Assembly: GCF_018350175.1 (NCBI RefSeq)
Contig: NC_058368.1
Location: forward strand, 217,436,001 to 217,500,000
Reading direction: 5' to 3'
Source: Felis catus
Taxonomy: Eukaryota
Length of the DNA stretch: 64,000 nucleotides
Shown here: positions 1-12,421 of the stretch, piece by piece
Layout of the letters: the number at the start of each line of letters is the position of its first letter
Position numbering within the stretch: position 1 is the stretch's first letter
Notes under the pieces: generated by a model
Told to the model about the DNA's origin: nothing
Seen by the model: the letters and a program-made list of their open reading frames with translations, nothing else
Database searches by the model: none
Position numbers and translations under genes: made by a program

Positions 1-273
1 TCATTAATAACAAAGTATAGAGGATGATAAAGAGTTTTGAGTTTTCATATAGGTAGTAAAAATTAATTTTTAAAAGTTTAAATTATTTTGGTAAGTAATG
101 CTAGATAATTGAATTTTTACTTTCTGCTCAAGCTCCATTTTATATACTAGTGTAGAAAAAAGAAAATAACATATATACATATGTTATATATAACATATAT
201 GTATACAAAACATAATTGTATATATGTATATAAAACTCATTCCTTCCTCAGATCTGTATTTTAAAATGCTTTA

Positions 274-470
274 GGGGTGCCTGGGTGGCTCAGTCGGTTA
301 AGCGTCCGACTTCAGCTCAGGTCATGATCTTACAGTCTGTGAGTTTGAGCCCCGTGTCAGGCTCTGTGGAGCCTGCTTCGGATTCTGTGTCTCCCTCTCT
401 CTCTGCCCTTCCTCTGCTCATGCTCTGTCTCTCTCTGTCTCAAAAATAAATAAAAACATTTGAGAAAAAT
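274..470 (+). mobile_element. CanSINE (SINEC_Fc-type) with short internal deletion
   Basis: GGGGTGCCTGGGTGGCTCAGTCGGTTAAGCG head, (CT)n tract, A-rich tail; TSD AAAATGCTTTA at 263-273 and 471-481. Confidence 0.95.
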
Positions 471-774
471 CAAAATGCTTTAAAAGCATTCCTTCCTGGC
501 CAGTCAAAAGGCCGCTGAAATTGGTATCATATGGACTGGGGATAAGATTTCCATGGTAGTTCTCTGGAAGATTCCACTTGTAAGCCATTGCAAGGGAAGA
601 CAGAGGCACAACCTTCATTAAGAGGGAGAGGAAAGAGATGATTTTTGGAGAGTACAGTTTTTGTAAGCCTCATCGTCAAACATCAATATGGTAGACAAAA
701 TCTTTCAGGAATCATTCAATAGGAAGTCAGATACTTCAAAAACAAGGCCATAAAATCTTTTGTCTATTTAAGGC

Positions 775-970
775 ATTTTTAAAAATGTTTATTTATTTAT
801 TTTAACAGACAGAGAGATTGAGAGAGCAAGCAGGGGAGGGGCAGAGAGAGAGAAGAGAGAGAATCTGTGCTAAGAGCTCAGTGCTGCGACAACATGCTGG
901 AACCCACAAACCTTGAGATCTTGAAAAATCAAGAGTCAGATGCTTAACTGACTGAGCCACCTAGGTGCCC
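775..970 (-). mobile_element. CanSINE, older diverged copy
   Basis: Reverse head ...ACTGAGCCACCTAGGTGCCC, (GA)n tract; degenerate TSD TCTATTTAAGGC / TCTATGTAAGGC. Confidence 0.9.
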
Positions 971-1926
971 TTCTATGTAAGGCTTTCTGTTCATATATGT
1001 TAGTTTTGACTTTCTTTGTTTCTCCTTAATGACTTGAAGATAAACACTAAAAATGCAAAGGGTTTTATATTTTTCCTAAGGGACTGCAGAGACCTTGGGA
1101 GATCACATTTATTTCACACCCAGTTGAGGAAGCAAGAAAAAAAGCTGTTGAAGTGAAAAAGTGATAGTAGTTTGTAACATTATTCAAATTGTGGGGTAAT
1201 TTATTATTTAAAAAATTAAAACTACTATAAATAGATAATATATCCATGGTTGTGGAAGTTACCTCTTATTTATACCATGTGTTGAGTTAATTAGCATTTG
1301 AAGTATCTTTATAATGTCTGAACATCCTAGAAAGTGATTGTTTAATACATGAAATTCTATTGAGAAAATCTAAATGCAAGAGTTTCTTAACATAATTGAC
1401 CTTAGAGATATCTCCTCATTGGTGAAATGAATGGGGCTTAAAACAGAAGGTTAAGAAGATTATTCAGGTCTCAAAATTCCCCAGTGGATAAGACATGTAA
1501 TAGCTGACAAGCTCATTGTTCAATACCATGGGATAGTAACCAAGGTCAAGAGTACTGTAGGGTCTGCCACTGCCATTTTAGAGAGGACCTTGTTGCCTAA
1601 AGTGACAATATAGTTCTACCTGCCTCTTAATATCCTGCAATGGTGAAGGTTAGTGCTGCAGATTAGAGAATAAGGTTTCCCAAAACAACAGAAGAGTTTC
1701 AGTGCCTGTTTGTTTACAATAAATGTTTCTACTTTGAGGCAGAATTTGGATCTAAGACTTCTTTTCCTTACATCTTAATATTTTCTGAATAGATAAATCA
1801 GTTAAGATAAATTTGCACCATATTGTGTTTTGGGTTACATGCTGAGCAAGAGATGGTAAACAAGTATAATACTTATTCTTTAATAGTTTACTGTTCAGCC
1901 TAAACTGCTAACTTTTACACTTTTAA

Positions 1927-2008
1927 TTTCTTTTCTTTTCTTTTCTTTTCTTTTCTTTTCTTTTCTTTTCTTTTCTTTTCTTTTCTTTTCTTTTCTTTTC
2001 TTTTCTTT

Positions 2009-2070
<62 letters not shown>
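1927..2070. repeat. Compound microsatellite (TTTTC)16 followed by (TTTC)15
   Basis: Direct reading: pentamer 1931-2010, tetramer 2011-2070. Confidence 0.98.
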
Positions 2071-2072
<2 letters not shown>

Positions 2073-2150
2073 TTGCTTTCTTTTTAAAAAATAACCTTCT
2101 ATACATAAACTTAGAAACACTGCACCCACTATGCAGGCTACAGGATAAAT

Positions 2151-2232
2151 AGAAGAAAGGAAGGAAGAGAAGGAAAGAAGGAAAGGAAGAAAGAGAAGGA
2201 AGGAGGGAGAAAGAAAATAAAAAGAAGAAAAG
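2151..2232. repeat. GA-rich low-complexity polypurine tract
   Basis: About 80 nt of A/G with a single T. Confidence 0.9.
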
Positions 2233-4164
2233 TTAAAGGCATTCGCCTCGGATCTGAGTTAAATTCTGCAGTCTAGAGAAGTCTTTGTTGAGCCTAATGT
2301 CGTCTTCAGACACGTCATCACCTGTTCCTATTTGATTTAGTTGATCTTCCAGAACTCAAAACTCTTACCTGTGGAAGATTATAGTACTTTCATCCATCAA
2401 AGCTTAGTGGCAGCTCTGATATAGTTCTTCCTGATGGTTCATTAATACCATATCTCAAGAAGAAAAATAGTTCGGTTTGTTCCATTCATATTATACATTC
2501 TCCGGCCGTCCTTAACAAAACAGAGTTGACAGCAGGGGAAATCAGAACAACTAAAATAACAAAATAGGTATCGAAGGTAGTCATCAATATTTCATTACAA
2601 TAGATAATTTTGAAATAGTTCCTAACACATCACTTCATTGTAGTTATCACAACAACTGTAGTAATTTCGAGATGAGTAACATGAGGCTCAGTAGTTCTCA
2701 GGGCCTAGATACATCCACAACTATCCATAGACAAATCTAGAATTGGTGAACTGGTTTTCTGTCCCCCGCCAAATTATTTATTTTATATTATATATCACCA
2801 AGACTTTTTGGTATGTTCCAGAGCCCTTAGACATTATTCAGTGAATTTATGATCATTATTGTAAAAAAAGTCCTCTCATGCAAGTTATCCAGGACTTATA
2901 TAAAGAAACAAAGACTCACTGCATATTTATATTTTACTCCTTCTATGTACATTAGCAGTCTGTCTGGTATGGAAATTTATAGCATTTCTTTTTATAGCCA
3001 AGACAAATGTAGGATTGTCTCATAAAAATAAAATGCAGTTAAATTTCAATTTTTTTTCTAGGAGATAATGCAAGAGCCTAAATATAAGCTTAGGCATTCC
3101 TTCCAACAGGTCCTCATTAACACATTCATGCACACATAATCTTCTGTAGGATAAGTATTATTGTTCTCTGTACCAAATCTCCCTTCTTCCATTTCTTTCC
3201 TACGCATGATCAAGTCTTTATTTAAAGTCAATTATTTAAAGTCAATAATATCCTAGGTGTTATAAGCAGATACTAGAGATATCTGATGAATAATCTAGAC
3301 AAAACCCAACTTTACTTTTTGTAATGAATTCATACTTTGGATTACTTTAAGAAAACACACATTGTAATATCCCACACAATTATTCATGACCAAATCCTGT
3401 ATCCTCAATATGGTATCTTCAGAGCAAGCAGTATAGATATTTACTGTTAATGATAGTAATTCATTATATTAGTATTACACACAATAAAAAGTGTATTAAT
3501 TTCAGAAACATATAAATTTTGACCTCCCAAACTAGACAGTTTACTTGATATTCATGTCTTTAATACTTACAGGTACTTAGAAAAATTAAATATGAATAAG
3601 AGACTTTGAGGCTTTATTTCCTCTTAGAGCCTTTTTTTTTCTCCTAAATCACCATGAGCAAGTGTATTAACTTCTATAACATGCACTATTTCTCTCCATT
3701 AAATGGCAAATGATGTTGGAATCCACATTTTTGTTGCCAGGTTATGTTAACTCCCTGAGTAGAACATTTCCATATATATATAAAGGAGCAAACATACAAC
3801 AGATACATCATAAGATGAACCTCACTGATTCAAATCAGTTGGAGAAAAGATCAGTCTGAATTAGTGGAATGGCAAAAATGTAGACTTAAGACTTAAATAG
3901 AATAAAATAACAGCTATATAAGAGAACGGGAGGGACTTAAATAAATATTTTTAGTTAATATATCAATAAGTGGGATGTAAAAAGAGGGTTTTGAGTGCTG
4001 TGTGCTGGCAGAGTTTGGTGTCTAACACCATCTTCCCTAACAATCTTGTTTGTAAATATGTGTTTCTTGAACAACTAGCTTGACTTCACTAGATAATAAT
4101 ATTTTCCCTTTTGCTATTTCCCACTTAAATATGTAAATCTGCCTCATTTTCCATTAGTTTACTT

Positions 4165-4293
4165 ATGTTTTTTTAATAGGCTTCATGCCCAGTGCAGAGC
4201 CCAACTTGGGGCTTGAACTCACGACCCTGAGATCAAGACCTGAACTGAAATCAAGAGTCTGGCGCTCAACCAGCTGAGCCACCCAGGTACCCC
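4165..4293 (-). mobile_element. Short CanSINE lacking the CT tract (old subfamily)
   Basis: Reverse head ...GCTGAGCCACCCAGGTACCCC; degenerate TSD CATTAGTTTACTT / CGTTAGTTTGCTT. Confidence 0.88.
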
Positions 4294-5580
4294 TCGTTAG
4301 TTTGCTTTCTATTACAAACTTTTTTTTTTACTTAACGTATTCCAATATATTTTCTGACTATAAAAATAAGATACATCCCAGGATAGGATGAAGAAGAATG
4401 TTGCTGCTCATTCAAAAAACGGTTAAGGAATTCAAGTTATTAGCCTTCATCTGAATGTGTTACCTCTCTGTGCATACAGAAGTTCATAAAGAATCAAACT
4501 GATACTCCTGGAAATGTCATCCTATTATCTTAGTCACATTACATGCAGCAAGATGGAGTTTTTGATTGGAAAAAAAAAAACAAACAAAACATACAAGTGC
4601 TGCTTCTGGTGACATTTCTAGGATTGCTTCCAATTGATTCTCAGGATGACTTTAAGTGATCTTAAGTCCATCCCAAAGATGAATTGCAGGAAGTAAAGCT
4701 TTGCACCACTTCCACAGACTTGTGTCCCTTTACACTATTTTATTTATTGTGGGCTGGAGCTGCCTTATAATTAAGAAATCTGTATGTAGTACCAGAAATG
4801 TTATAATAGCCCAAAGTTACCTTTAACAAATTGTCAAAGTGAAAGAATGAACCCATGGGGAATTTACCAAAACTGACAAAATGAATTGGCTCCAAATAAT
4901 AATTGTCAATAATAGCAAAATGTCATTGAATTGCTTGGTTTTAAGTGTGCCCTTAATCAGTAACCAGCTGCTAAAACTTTGAAAAAAAACACTAAGTAAC
5001 CAAAGTTTCAGCATCTCCATCTATAAAGTGATGATAATAATAAAACCCTTATTATAGGAGTGTTGCAACAATTATATGTAAAAATTCTTAGACTGGTGTA
5101 TTACACATAATTTAGAATGAGTAAATAGCAGTCTCAAAACCTGTTATCTAGGGCACGGACACCTTACGATGTGATTTAAGTTCAAATGTTTAACATGCTA
5201 ATATGTTTCTTAATTATTCCTTAATTATTTAGAACAACATGATTTAGCCACAATTTTATCATTTGTTAAACTAATTTATTTGAGAGAGCTATCAGAATTC
5301 AGTAACTAAACTGTAGTGGTGATTAATGCAGACACATGATTTCCCCTAAATAATTGAAAACCAACCCCACATACATTTTTCTATACTTTCATCATAGAAT
5401 ACCAAAACATAGCACAAATTACTACTGTAGGTCACATATGTTACTATGAATATTTAGAGGAAAGGTTTTAGAACCCCCAAAACTATGGGGTGTAAATAGG
5501 AAAACTAACGAGTTCCTACCCTCATTTTTTTTATCCCTACCTGGAAGAAGCTCTGGTTTGGAGCAAAAGAAGGAGCCCTC

Positions 5581-5806
5581 TTATTTATTTTTAATTTTTT
5601 TAATGTTTATTTATTTTTGAGAGAGAGAGAGAATACAAGCAGGAGAGGGGCAGAGAGAGAGAGAAAGGGAGGCACAGAATCCGAAGCAGGATCCAGTCCC
5701 CAAGCTGTCAGCACAGAGACCAACGTGGGGCTTGAATCTACAAACCGGGAGATCACAACCTGAGCCAAAGTCTCATGCTTATCCAACTGAGCCACCCAGG
5801 TGCCCC
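5581..5806 (-). mobile_element. CanSINE
   Basis: Full-length reverse copy; TSD AAGAAGGAGCC / AAGAAGGTGCC. Confidence 0.95.
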
Positions 5807-6038
5807 AAGAAGGTGCCTTTTCAAAAATTGCTTTTGTTGTTTAACTTTCCAGTAAAAGTTAGAAGTAGCGTTTTTAGTCTTGTTTTGTTCCAGAGATCAA
5901 AGTATGATAAATATTCTGGTAGCTGTCATTTGTTCAACATGTGGATGCATTTTGAAACATTATACAAATAGGAGTAGATATGCGTATAGTCAGTTCTAAT
6001 GCAAAATGCAATCATCTTTAGTAGATAATACCAGAGTT

Positions 6039-6257
6039 GGGGCATCTGGTTGGCTCAGTGGTGAAGTAGCCCACTTCAGCTCAGGTCATGATCTCAAGGT
6101 TACTGGGTTCTAGCCCCATATCAGGCTCTGCACTGACCGCTCAGAGCCTCGAGCCTGCTTCAGATTCTGTGTCTCCCTCTCTCTCTGCTCCTCCCCTGCT
6201 CACGTTCTGTCTCTGTCTCTCAAAAAATAAATCAAAACGTTAAAAAACTTTAAAAAA
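6039..6257 (+). mobile_element. CanSINE
   Basis: Perfect 16 bp TSD AGATAATACCAGAGTT at 6023-6038 and 6258-6273. Confidence 0.96.
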
Positions 6258-6296
6258 AGATAATACCAGAGTTTTTAAAGGTGTATTTATATTTGT

Positions 6297-6323
6297 TTTT
6301 GTTTGTTTGTTCATTTTTTTTTT

Positions 6324-6376
<53 letters not shown>

Positions 6377-6528
6377 TATGAGTGGGGGAGGGGCAGAAAG
6401 GGAGAGGCCCACAGAGGATCCCAAGCAGGCTCTGTGCTGACAGCAGTGAGCCCTACCCGGGCTCGAATCCATTAACCACGAGATCATGCCTTGAGGGTGC
6501 TCAACCAACTCAGCCACCCAGGTACCCC
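6297..6528 (-). mobile_element. CanSINE with expanded (GA)n
   Basis: TSD AAGGTGTATTTATATTTGT / AAGGTATATTTATGTTTGT. Confidence 0.95.
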
Positions 6529-7465
6529 AAGGTATATTTATGTTTGTAATTTTTTTTTTTAGGGGGTGGTTAATTTATGGTATCAATCATTTGTTTTTAT
6601 GCTTTGATCTATTAATGTAACACAGTAGTACCTTAATAAACATTAATATTGAGTATTTCACAAAATTCTAAGATAAAATTTGCTTTGACATTTGATTAAT
6701 AATCTGATAAATTTGCTTTGTCTCAATATATAATGTAAGCTTTTATAAAAGTATGCATAACTGAATTTTTTCTATTATTTAATGTTTGTGTATCTATTTC
6801 CTTGTTTTGTTCTCAGTATTATCCTAGTCTTGTTAAATAAATTGAGAATATTTCAGTTATTATATTAGTTCTCAATGTTTAAAAAATATAATCTCTTTCA
6901 TAAATCCATGGTGGAACTATGATCGATCTGGGAATAGGTTTCTTTTTCCCCACTACCATTTAAATCTAATGTTTTCTACTTGGTCTTGAAAAAAAAATTG
7001 CATTTATATTTTCCTAGGGATTCAATGATTATAGTTTTCAAATAAAATCATACAAATTTACATTAAAATGTCTGAAATGCTTAAAATCGATCAGTATATA
7101 GAATTAGGTTTTTATTATTTCTAATGGTGTATAGTTCTCTTCTTTTGTGTTTCCTTATTTAGTTCAATGAAGTTTCACTATTTTTAGATAGCTTTTATGT
7201 AATTGTTATGTAAAACTAGAAACTGACTTATTTTTCTATGGTCTTTATAGTTTATCTCTGTACTTTCATATTTTGAAGTTATTTTGATATCCTCTTTATT
7301 ATTCCTTATGGTAAGTGCTTATTAGAATCACTTTTCAAGTTTTATTCTCATAAAATTTTGCTTCTATATAATTTGCTCCTAAAATGGCTTTACTGTATCT
7401 CACGGGCTTTGATATGCAGATATGTTATTTTCATTTATCTCTATTTATAATCTATTTATATTTCC

Positions 7466-7687
7466 TTTTTTATTCTTTTTATTTTTTATTTATTGAATTT
7501 TCTTTCTTTCTTTTTTTTTTTTTTTTTTTGAGAGAGAGAGAGAGGCAGAAAAAGAAGGAGACAGAGAATCCGAAGCAGGCTCCACTTTGTCAGCACAAAG
7601 CCAGACATGGGTCTCAAACCCGTGAACTGTGAGATCATGACCTGAACCCAAGTCAGACCCTCAACCAACTGAGCCACCCAGGTGCCC
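7466..7687 (-). mobile_element. CanSINE
   Basis: Reverse head at 7687; TSD TATTTATATTTCC / TATTAATATTTCC. Confidence 0.94.
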
Positions 7688-8073
7688 TATTAATATTTCC
7701 AATCTGTGAGTTATTCAAATTATACTTTTACTTTCTTAATGAAAATGCATTAGTTAATTATGTTGTATTGTTATTTGCTAATTATATTGAATGATTTTTA
7801 ATCTGTATTATGTTTGAAATTTATAATATGTTAAGGTATAGTACAGTTTTTACTTTTTTTCTGTTTTTCCATTTTTAATATGTTATTTTTTTCCTAGGAT
7901 TACCTGTTTTTTAATCAGAAAATTCAGTTAATTTATGTTAAATTATTAACAATATATTTGGATATATGTATGTATTTTTACTTTATTTTTTATTTATTAT
8001 AAAATGAAAACTTTCTGCCTTATTTGGATTGGATATTCAGATTGGTTAATTTTTTTCCTTTATTTCGTTTACA

Positions 8074-8251
8074 CAGGGATGGTAAAGTTTTTACTTAGAG
8101 GGTCAAATATTAAATATTTTAGGCTTTGTTTGGGGACTACATGTAACCTTTGCTACATATATACCCTTTATTATTATTATTATTATTTTTTACAGCACTT
8201 TAAAATTGTAAAAATTATTGTTTGCTTGCTGGCCATAGTTTGTTAACTCTA
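8074..8251. mobile_element. MER58-like hAT-Charlie non-autonomous DNA transposon relic
   Basis: Starts CAGGGATGGTAAAG...AAATATTTTAGGCTTTG and ends GGCCATAGTTTGTTAACTCT, resembling MER58 terminal inverted repeats (from recall). Confidence 0.7.
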
Positions 8252-8595
8252 GCATCCTATTTCTATTCTTCTAGTGTTTACTGTTAAATTTTCTTATGCT
8301 TAAACATTTTTCTTCCAAAATCTATAGTGAAAAATTCCTTCTCCCCTTTACAAAAATCTAAGAACTTTCCTACCTTTATTATTTTCAATCCCTCCCTCTA
8401 CTTTTTCGTATTCCATTCGATATCATATGGGGATTTAAGGTCCTGATTGTCGTAAATTGAATATTATAGTATATTTATTCTTACGGGTATTATCTCATTC
8501 ATTTTCATAATAATAGGTAGATATGATTGCTTTTTTGCCATTTTACAAATGAGTACTATTGAGAGTACATGCTCCTAGCCATTTAGATTTCACTA

Positions 8596-8730
8596 CAGAG
8601 AGAGAAGGAGAGAGTTACAACTGCACTGTCAACGTGGAGCCTGATGGGGAGCTAAAATCAATGAATCACGAGATCGTAACCTGAGCCAAAATCAAGAGTT
8701 GGATGTTTAGCCAACTGAGCCACCCAGGAT
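8596..8730 (-). mobile_element. Partial CanSINE
   Basis: GAGATCGTAACCTGAGCCAAAATCAAGAGTTGGATGTTTAGCCAACTGAGCCACCCAGG. Confidence 0.85.
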
Positions 8731-9054
8731 CTTCAATCATCACTGTCCAAATCTTTCCATTGAGATTCTCCCCATCCTTTTTTTTTTTTTTTAACCATCC
8801 GTCTTCTCTTAATTTATTTAGAGAAAACTATAGTAAGAGAAAACTACATAGTAGATGGTGTTTCCATATTTTTCATTCTTATACTATCATCATTTACTCT
8901 TGAATTGGGTGACATTTGGGCAAAGACTTCTACCTACAAAATAATTTTCATTTTTTTTTCCAAACTATGAAGCTAATGCTCCAGTATCTTCTACCATGAG
9001 TTTCTCCTGCTGAGAAAACTAATGCAATGAAATTGTTTTGAATTTAAAAATTTC

Positions 9055-9200
9055 TGGTAAAAACAGTTAACATAAGGTCCGTTCTTTTAAACGTTTTAAG
9101 TGTACAATGCAGTATTGCAGACTATCAGTACAATGTCCTACAGCATATCTCTAGAGCTTCTTGCTTAACTAAAACTCCATATCCATTGGTAAGTAACTAT
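9055..9200 (-). mobile_element. L1MA/L1MB-type LINE-1 3' end fragment
   Basis: TTTAAGTGTACAATGCAGTATTG...CAGCATATCTCTAGAGCTT resembles old L1 3' terminus. Confidence 0.65.
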
Positions 9201-9399
9201 AGTTACTCTTGGATTTCTTTGCAGTTATGGGTGTGTGTGTAAATGTGTTGTCATTGTCATATTAATTTGGACATATTTTAGATTTCTCTTGAATCATGTT
9301 TTCATAGCATGTGGTTACTATGAGCCTTTAGGTTTGATTACAGGAATAAATATTTTAGTTTGTATTGTTTAAATTGAAGAAAAGATGTGGTGATTTTCT

Positions 9400-9657
9400 T
9401 TTTATTTGTTTAAAAATTTTTAATGTTTATTTAACTTTTATTCTTACTTTTTAAATTATTTTTTAAATGTTAATTTATTTTTGAGATAGAGCACAAGTGC
9501 AGGAGGGGCAAAGAAAGAGGAGAACCAGAATCCCAAGCAGGCTCCAGACTCTGACCTGGCAGCACAGAGCCCAATGCAGGGCTCGAATTCACAAACCATG
9601 AGATCATGACCTGAGCCAAAGTTGGATGCTTAGCCAATTGAGTCACCCAGGTGCCCC
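9400..9657 (-). mobile_element. CanSINE with long AT-rich tail
   Basis: Reverse head ...GAGTCACCCAGGTGCCCC and diagnostic body; tail boundary approximate. Confidence 0.93.
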
Positions 9658-10022
9658 ATCTTTTTGTTTAATTTCAATTTTATTTTATTCTAGTTTATCA
9701 TAGTATTGTTTTCTTCTTGTTTCCACTTAAAAATATTAATTGGGGTATTTTTGTATTTTAAAAAAATTTGTATTTTTTTAGTTGAATATTTAGTTGTTTC
9801 CTTTTGTTTATTTCTTTTCTAATGAATGCACTTAAGATATTGATTGTTCCTCTGAATAGGGATTTGGTGGCATCCTACCATCTTCATTTCACTCTTCTCT
9901 GACAATAAAACAAAATACAGAAATTAGTAAACTGATATAGACAAAAAGCAGGGCTATATATTGAGCCAGCATAGTATCACATGCAAGTATTATCCTAATT
10001 TTCATTAAAAAAATAAGAATGA

Positions 10023-10232
10023 GAGGCACCTGGGTAGCTCCGTCAGTTAAGCGTCTGACTTCGGCTCATGTCATGATCTCAGTCAGGGTTTGTGGGTTTG
10101 AGCCCCACATTGGGTTCTGTGCTGACAGCTCAGAGCCTGGATCTTGCTTGGGATTCTGTATCTCATTCTCTCTCTACCCCTTCCCCACTTGTGCTCTATG
10201 CCTCTCTCTCAAAGATAAACATTAAAAAAAAT
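10023..10232 (+). mobile_element. CanSINE
   Basis: GGCACCTGGGTAGCTCCGTCAGTTAAGCG head; TSD ATAAGAATGA / ATAAGAGTGA. Confidence 0.94.
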
Positions 10233-10635
10233 CATAAGAGTGAAACTTAGAAATTAAAGGCCTAAAGTGCTGGTGGAGCCATAGCAAAAGTAGAGAAATA
10301 TTTATCTTCCAATTAAGAATATTATATTTTACCATTCAACATGTTTTTTTTAAGATTTTCTTTATTCTGGCTCATCTTTTAAATTCAGCCAATAAGGTAA
10401 TATTTCAATATTTGTCTTCAATAATAATATAAAAAATTAAAAAATCAGAAAAAGGTGATTATAAATGGGAGTAGGAATAAGGACTCTTGAACTCTACACT
10501 TATTTCAAATTCATATTAGCAATGTAATTTTGGTCAACTGTATATATTTTTAATATCTTCACAGTTGAAGTAAAAGTAATCATTTAATTGCTTGGCTTTG
10601 TTTGTGACATGTTTAAGAATGGGTTGGAGAAAGAT

Positions 10636-11010
10636 TTATTTCCTTTGTTATGCAGAAGCTTTCTAGTTTGAGGCAATGTCATTTGTCTATTTTTACGTTT
10701 GTTGCCCAGGCGCTTTGTGTCATATCCAGGAAGCTTTCCCATGTTTTCTTCCTGTAGTTTTACAGCTTCAGGTCTTATAGTTAGGTCTTTAATCCATTCT
10801 GAGTTGCTTTTGTGTATAGTGTGAGATAATGGTCCAAATACATTTTTCTGTGTGTGTATATACAGTGTTCCTAACATCATTTATTGAACAGACTATCCTC
10901 GCCACATTGTGTGTTCTTGGCATCCTTGTTGAAAATCTATTGTCTGTAGATGTGTGGATTTATTTCTGGCCACTCTATTATGTTTCATTGGTTTATATGT
11001 CTGTTTTTAT
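10636..11010 (-). mobile_element. LINE-1 ORF2 C-terminal fragment (decayed)
   Basis: Translation HTIHKSNSEWIKDLTIRPEAVKLQEENMG matches the L1 ORF2p motif KINSKWIKDLNVRPETIKLLEENIG. Confidence 0.9.
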
Positions 11011-11090
11011 TTGGCTTGATTATGGTAATCATTCCATAATTTATACATATGTCAAAACATCATGTTGTACATGTTAAATATACACAGGCT
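11011..11090 (+). mobile_element. L1MA-type extreme 3' end
   Basis: GCTTGATTATGGTAATCATTCCATAAT...TCAAAACATCATGTTGTACA resembles the L1MA 3' terminus. Confidence 0.75.
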
Positions 11091-11951
11091 TGGAAAAAAT
11101 AACTTAATAATAAAATGGCTTGCATTGATTATTTTTTGAAAAAGTTAGATTTACTGTGTTATGGAACATAAAATCCAGGACAAACACCAGAAATTACAAA
11201 CTGTTTAAAGGACCAAATGCATACTCAAGAGGAAGACAATATGATCTTGAACTAAGGGAAAGCCTTACATTGATCTAGGTACAAGAAGGGGTAAGCAAAA
11301 GACAGACCTTTCAAGAAGCAGAATAAACATTGGAGGCAACAAATTAGAGAATGACCCATTGAGGGATTGAAAGCCATTTACAGTTGCCAGAATTTACAAG
11401 GAAGTTGGAAAAAAGTGAGAAATGAAATAAATAAGAGATAATAGGTGGACAGTTCTTGGAGAATACTTTAAGTCATAACAACTTAAGTGGACTTTAAAGG
11501 CAATAGTAAAGGTTTTAAGTGGGAAGAAGCAGAATTAACAACAGAAAAAATAAAAAAACAAAATAGAAATTCACAACAATAATCATAGTAAAAGTCAGTT
11601 TTAAACATTATAACCCCAAATTACCTTTTGTAAGTAGCAATAGTTCATCTAGTGAAGCTACATCATAACAATTTATTTACATCCCCCAAATTGAAAAAAA
11701 AATTAAAACTGTCTTCATCTCAAACAAAATCACATATACCTGTAACTAATTTTGAGAAAATATTTCAGTACATATCTTACTTTTGGCAATTCCCAAAATT
11801 ACCTTTTTTGTACGGATTACTAAAATGCACATTATTTAGATAGCTGGATGAAGAAAAAAATGTAGAAGATCCTGTACTATTAAAACCAAGAAAGAAGACA
11901 CAGTGCAGATTTGAATATAAATATATGTGTATTGATTTAATAAACCATGGT

Positions 11952-12421
11952 TGTTGGGAGGTAATTTGTCAAGGGCTTCTTACACTTTCACATGTCTGAG
12001 TATGTTGAGATTGCAAGGCTCTGATCATTCTGTCATCCAGGTCATTTTCTTTTCCTCTGGGTGTTTGTGTGACTAGAAATCTTAAAAGCTGAGATGATGT
12101 TCTTTCTGGACAAAAAGCAGTGTTGTTCATCATAAAAATGAAAGATTCCTTAAGCTCCAAATCCCACTGTATGCAAAAGTCCCTTTGTGTGCAACACACT
12201 GCCTGTGCAAGCTTTATTCTGACCACCCATGTAACCTCCTGAGATATGGGGGCAACAGAAACTTGTACAAGTTTCTGCCCCTCTGCAAATTGGAAGTATA
12301 ATAAAAATCACTTGTCTCTGACCCAAGAGTTTCATGTCTTCTGTCAGCATCCCTGGAACTGTGACAGGCCGACATTTTAACTTGTATGAAGGGTGACATT
12401 CATCTCCTCATAATTATATCA
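11952..12421 (+). mobile_element. ERVL solo LTR, LTR40-like
   Basis: Starts TGTTGGGAG; AATAAA followed by TTGTCTCTGACCCAAGAGTTTCATGTCTTCTGTCAGCATCC matches the recalled LTR40 consensus. Confidence 0.8.

Noticed and set aside
179..198. 20-bp palindrome ATATGTTATATATAACATAT
   Set aside because: Lies in TA-rich low-complexity sequence where palindromes are expected
274..350. tRNA-like A/B boxes at SINE heads
   Set aside because: tRNA-derived SINE promoters, not tRNA genes
1915..2129. Lys/Glu/Arg-rich ORFs
   Set aside because: Translation of the TTTTC/TTTC microsatellite
3219..3247. Short tandem duplication TATTTAAAGTCAAT (also ATTCACTCCAG twice near 59779-59803)
   Set aside because: Common slippage-sized duplications with no further structure
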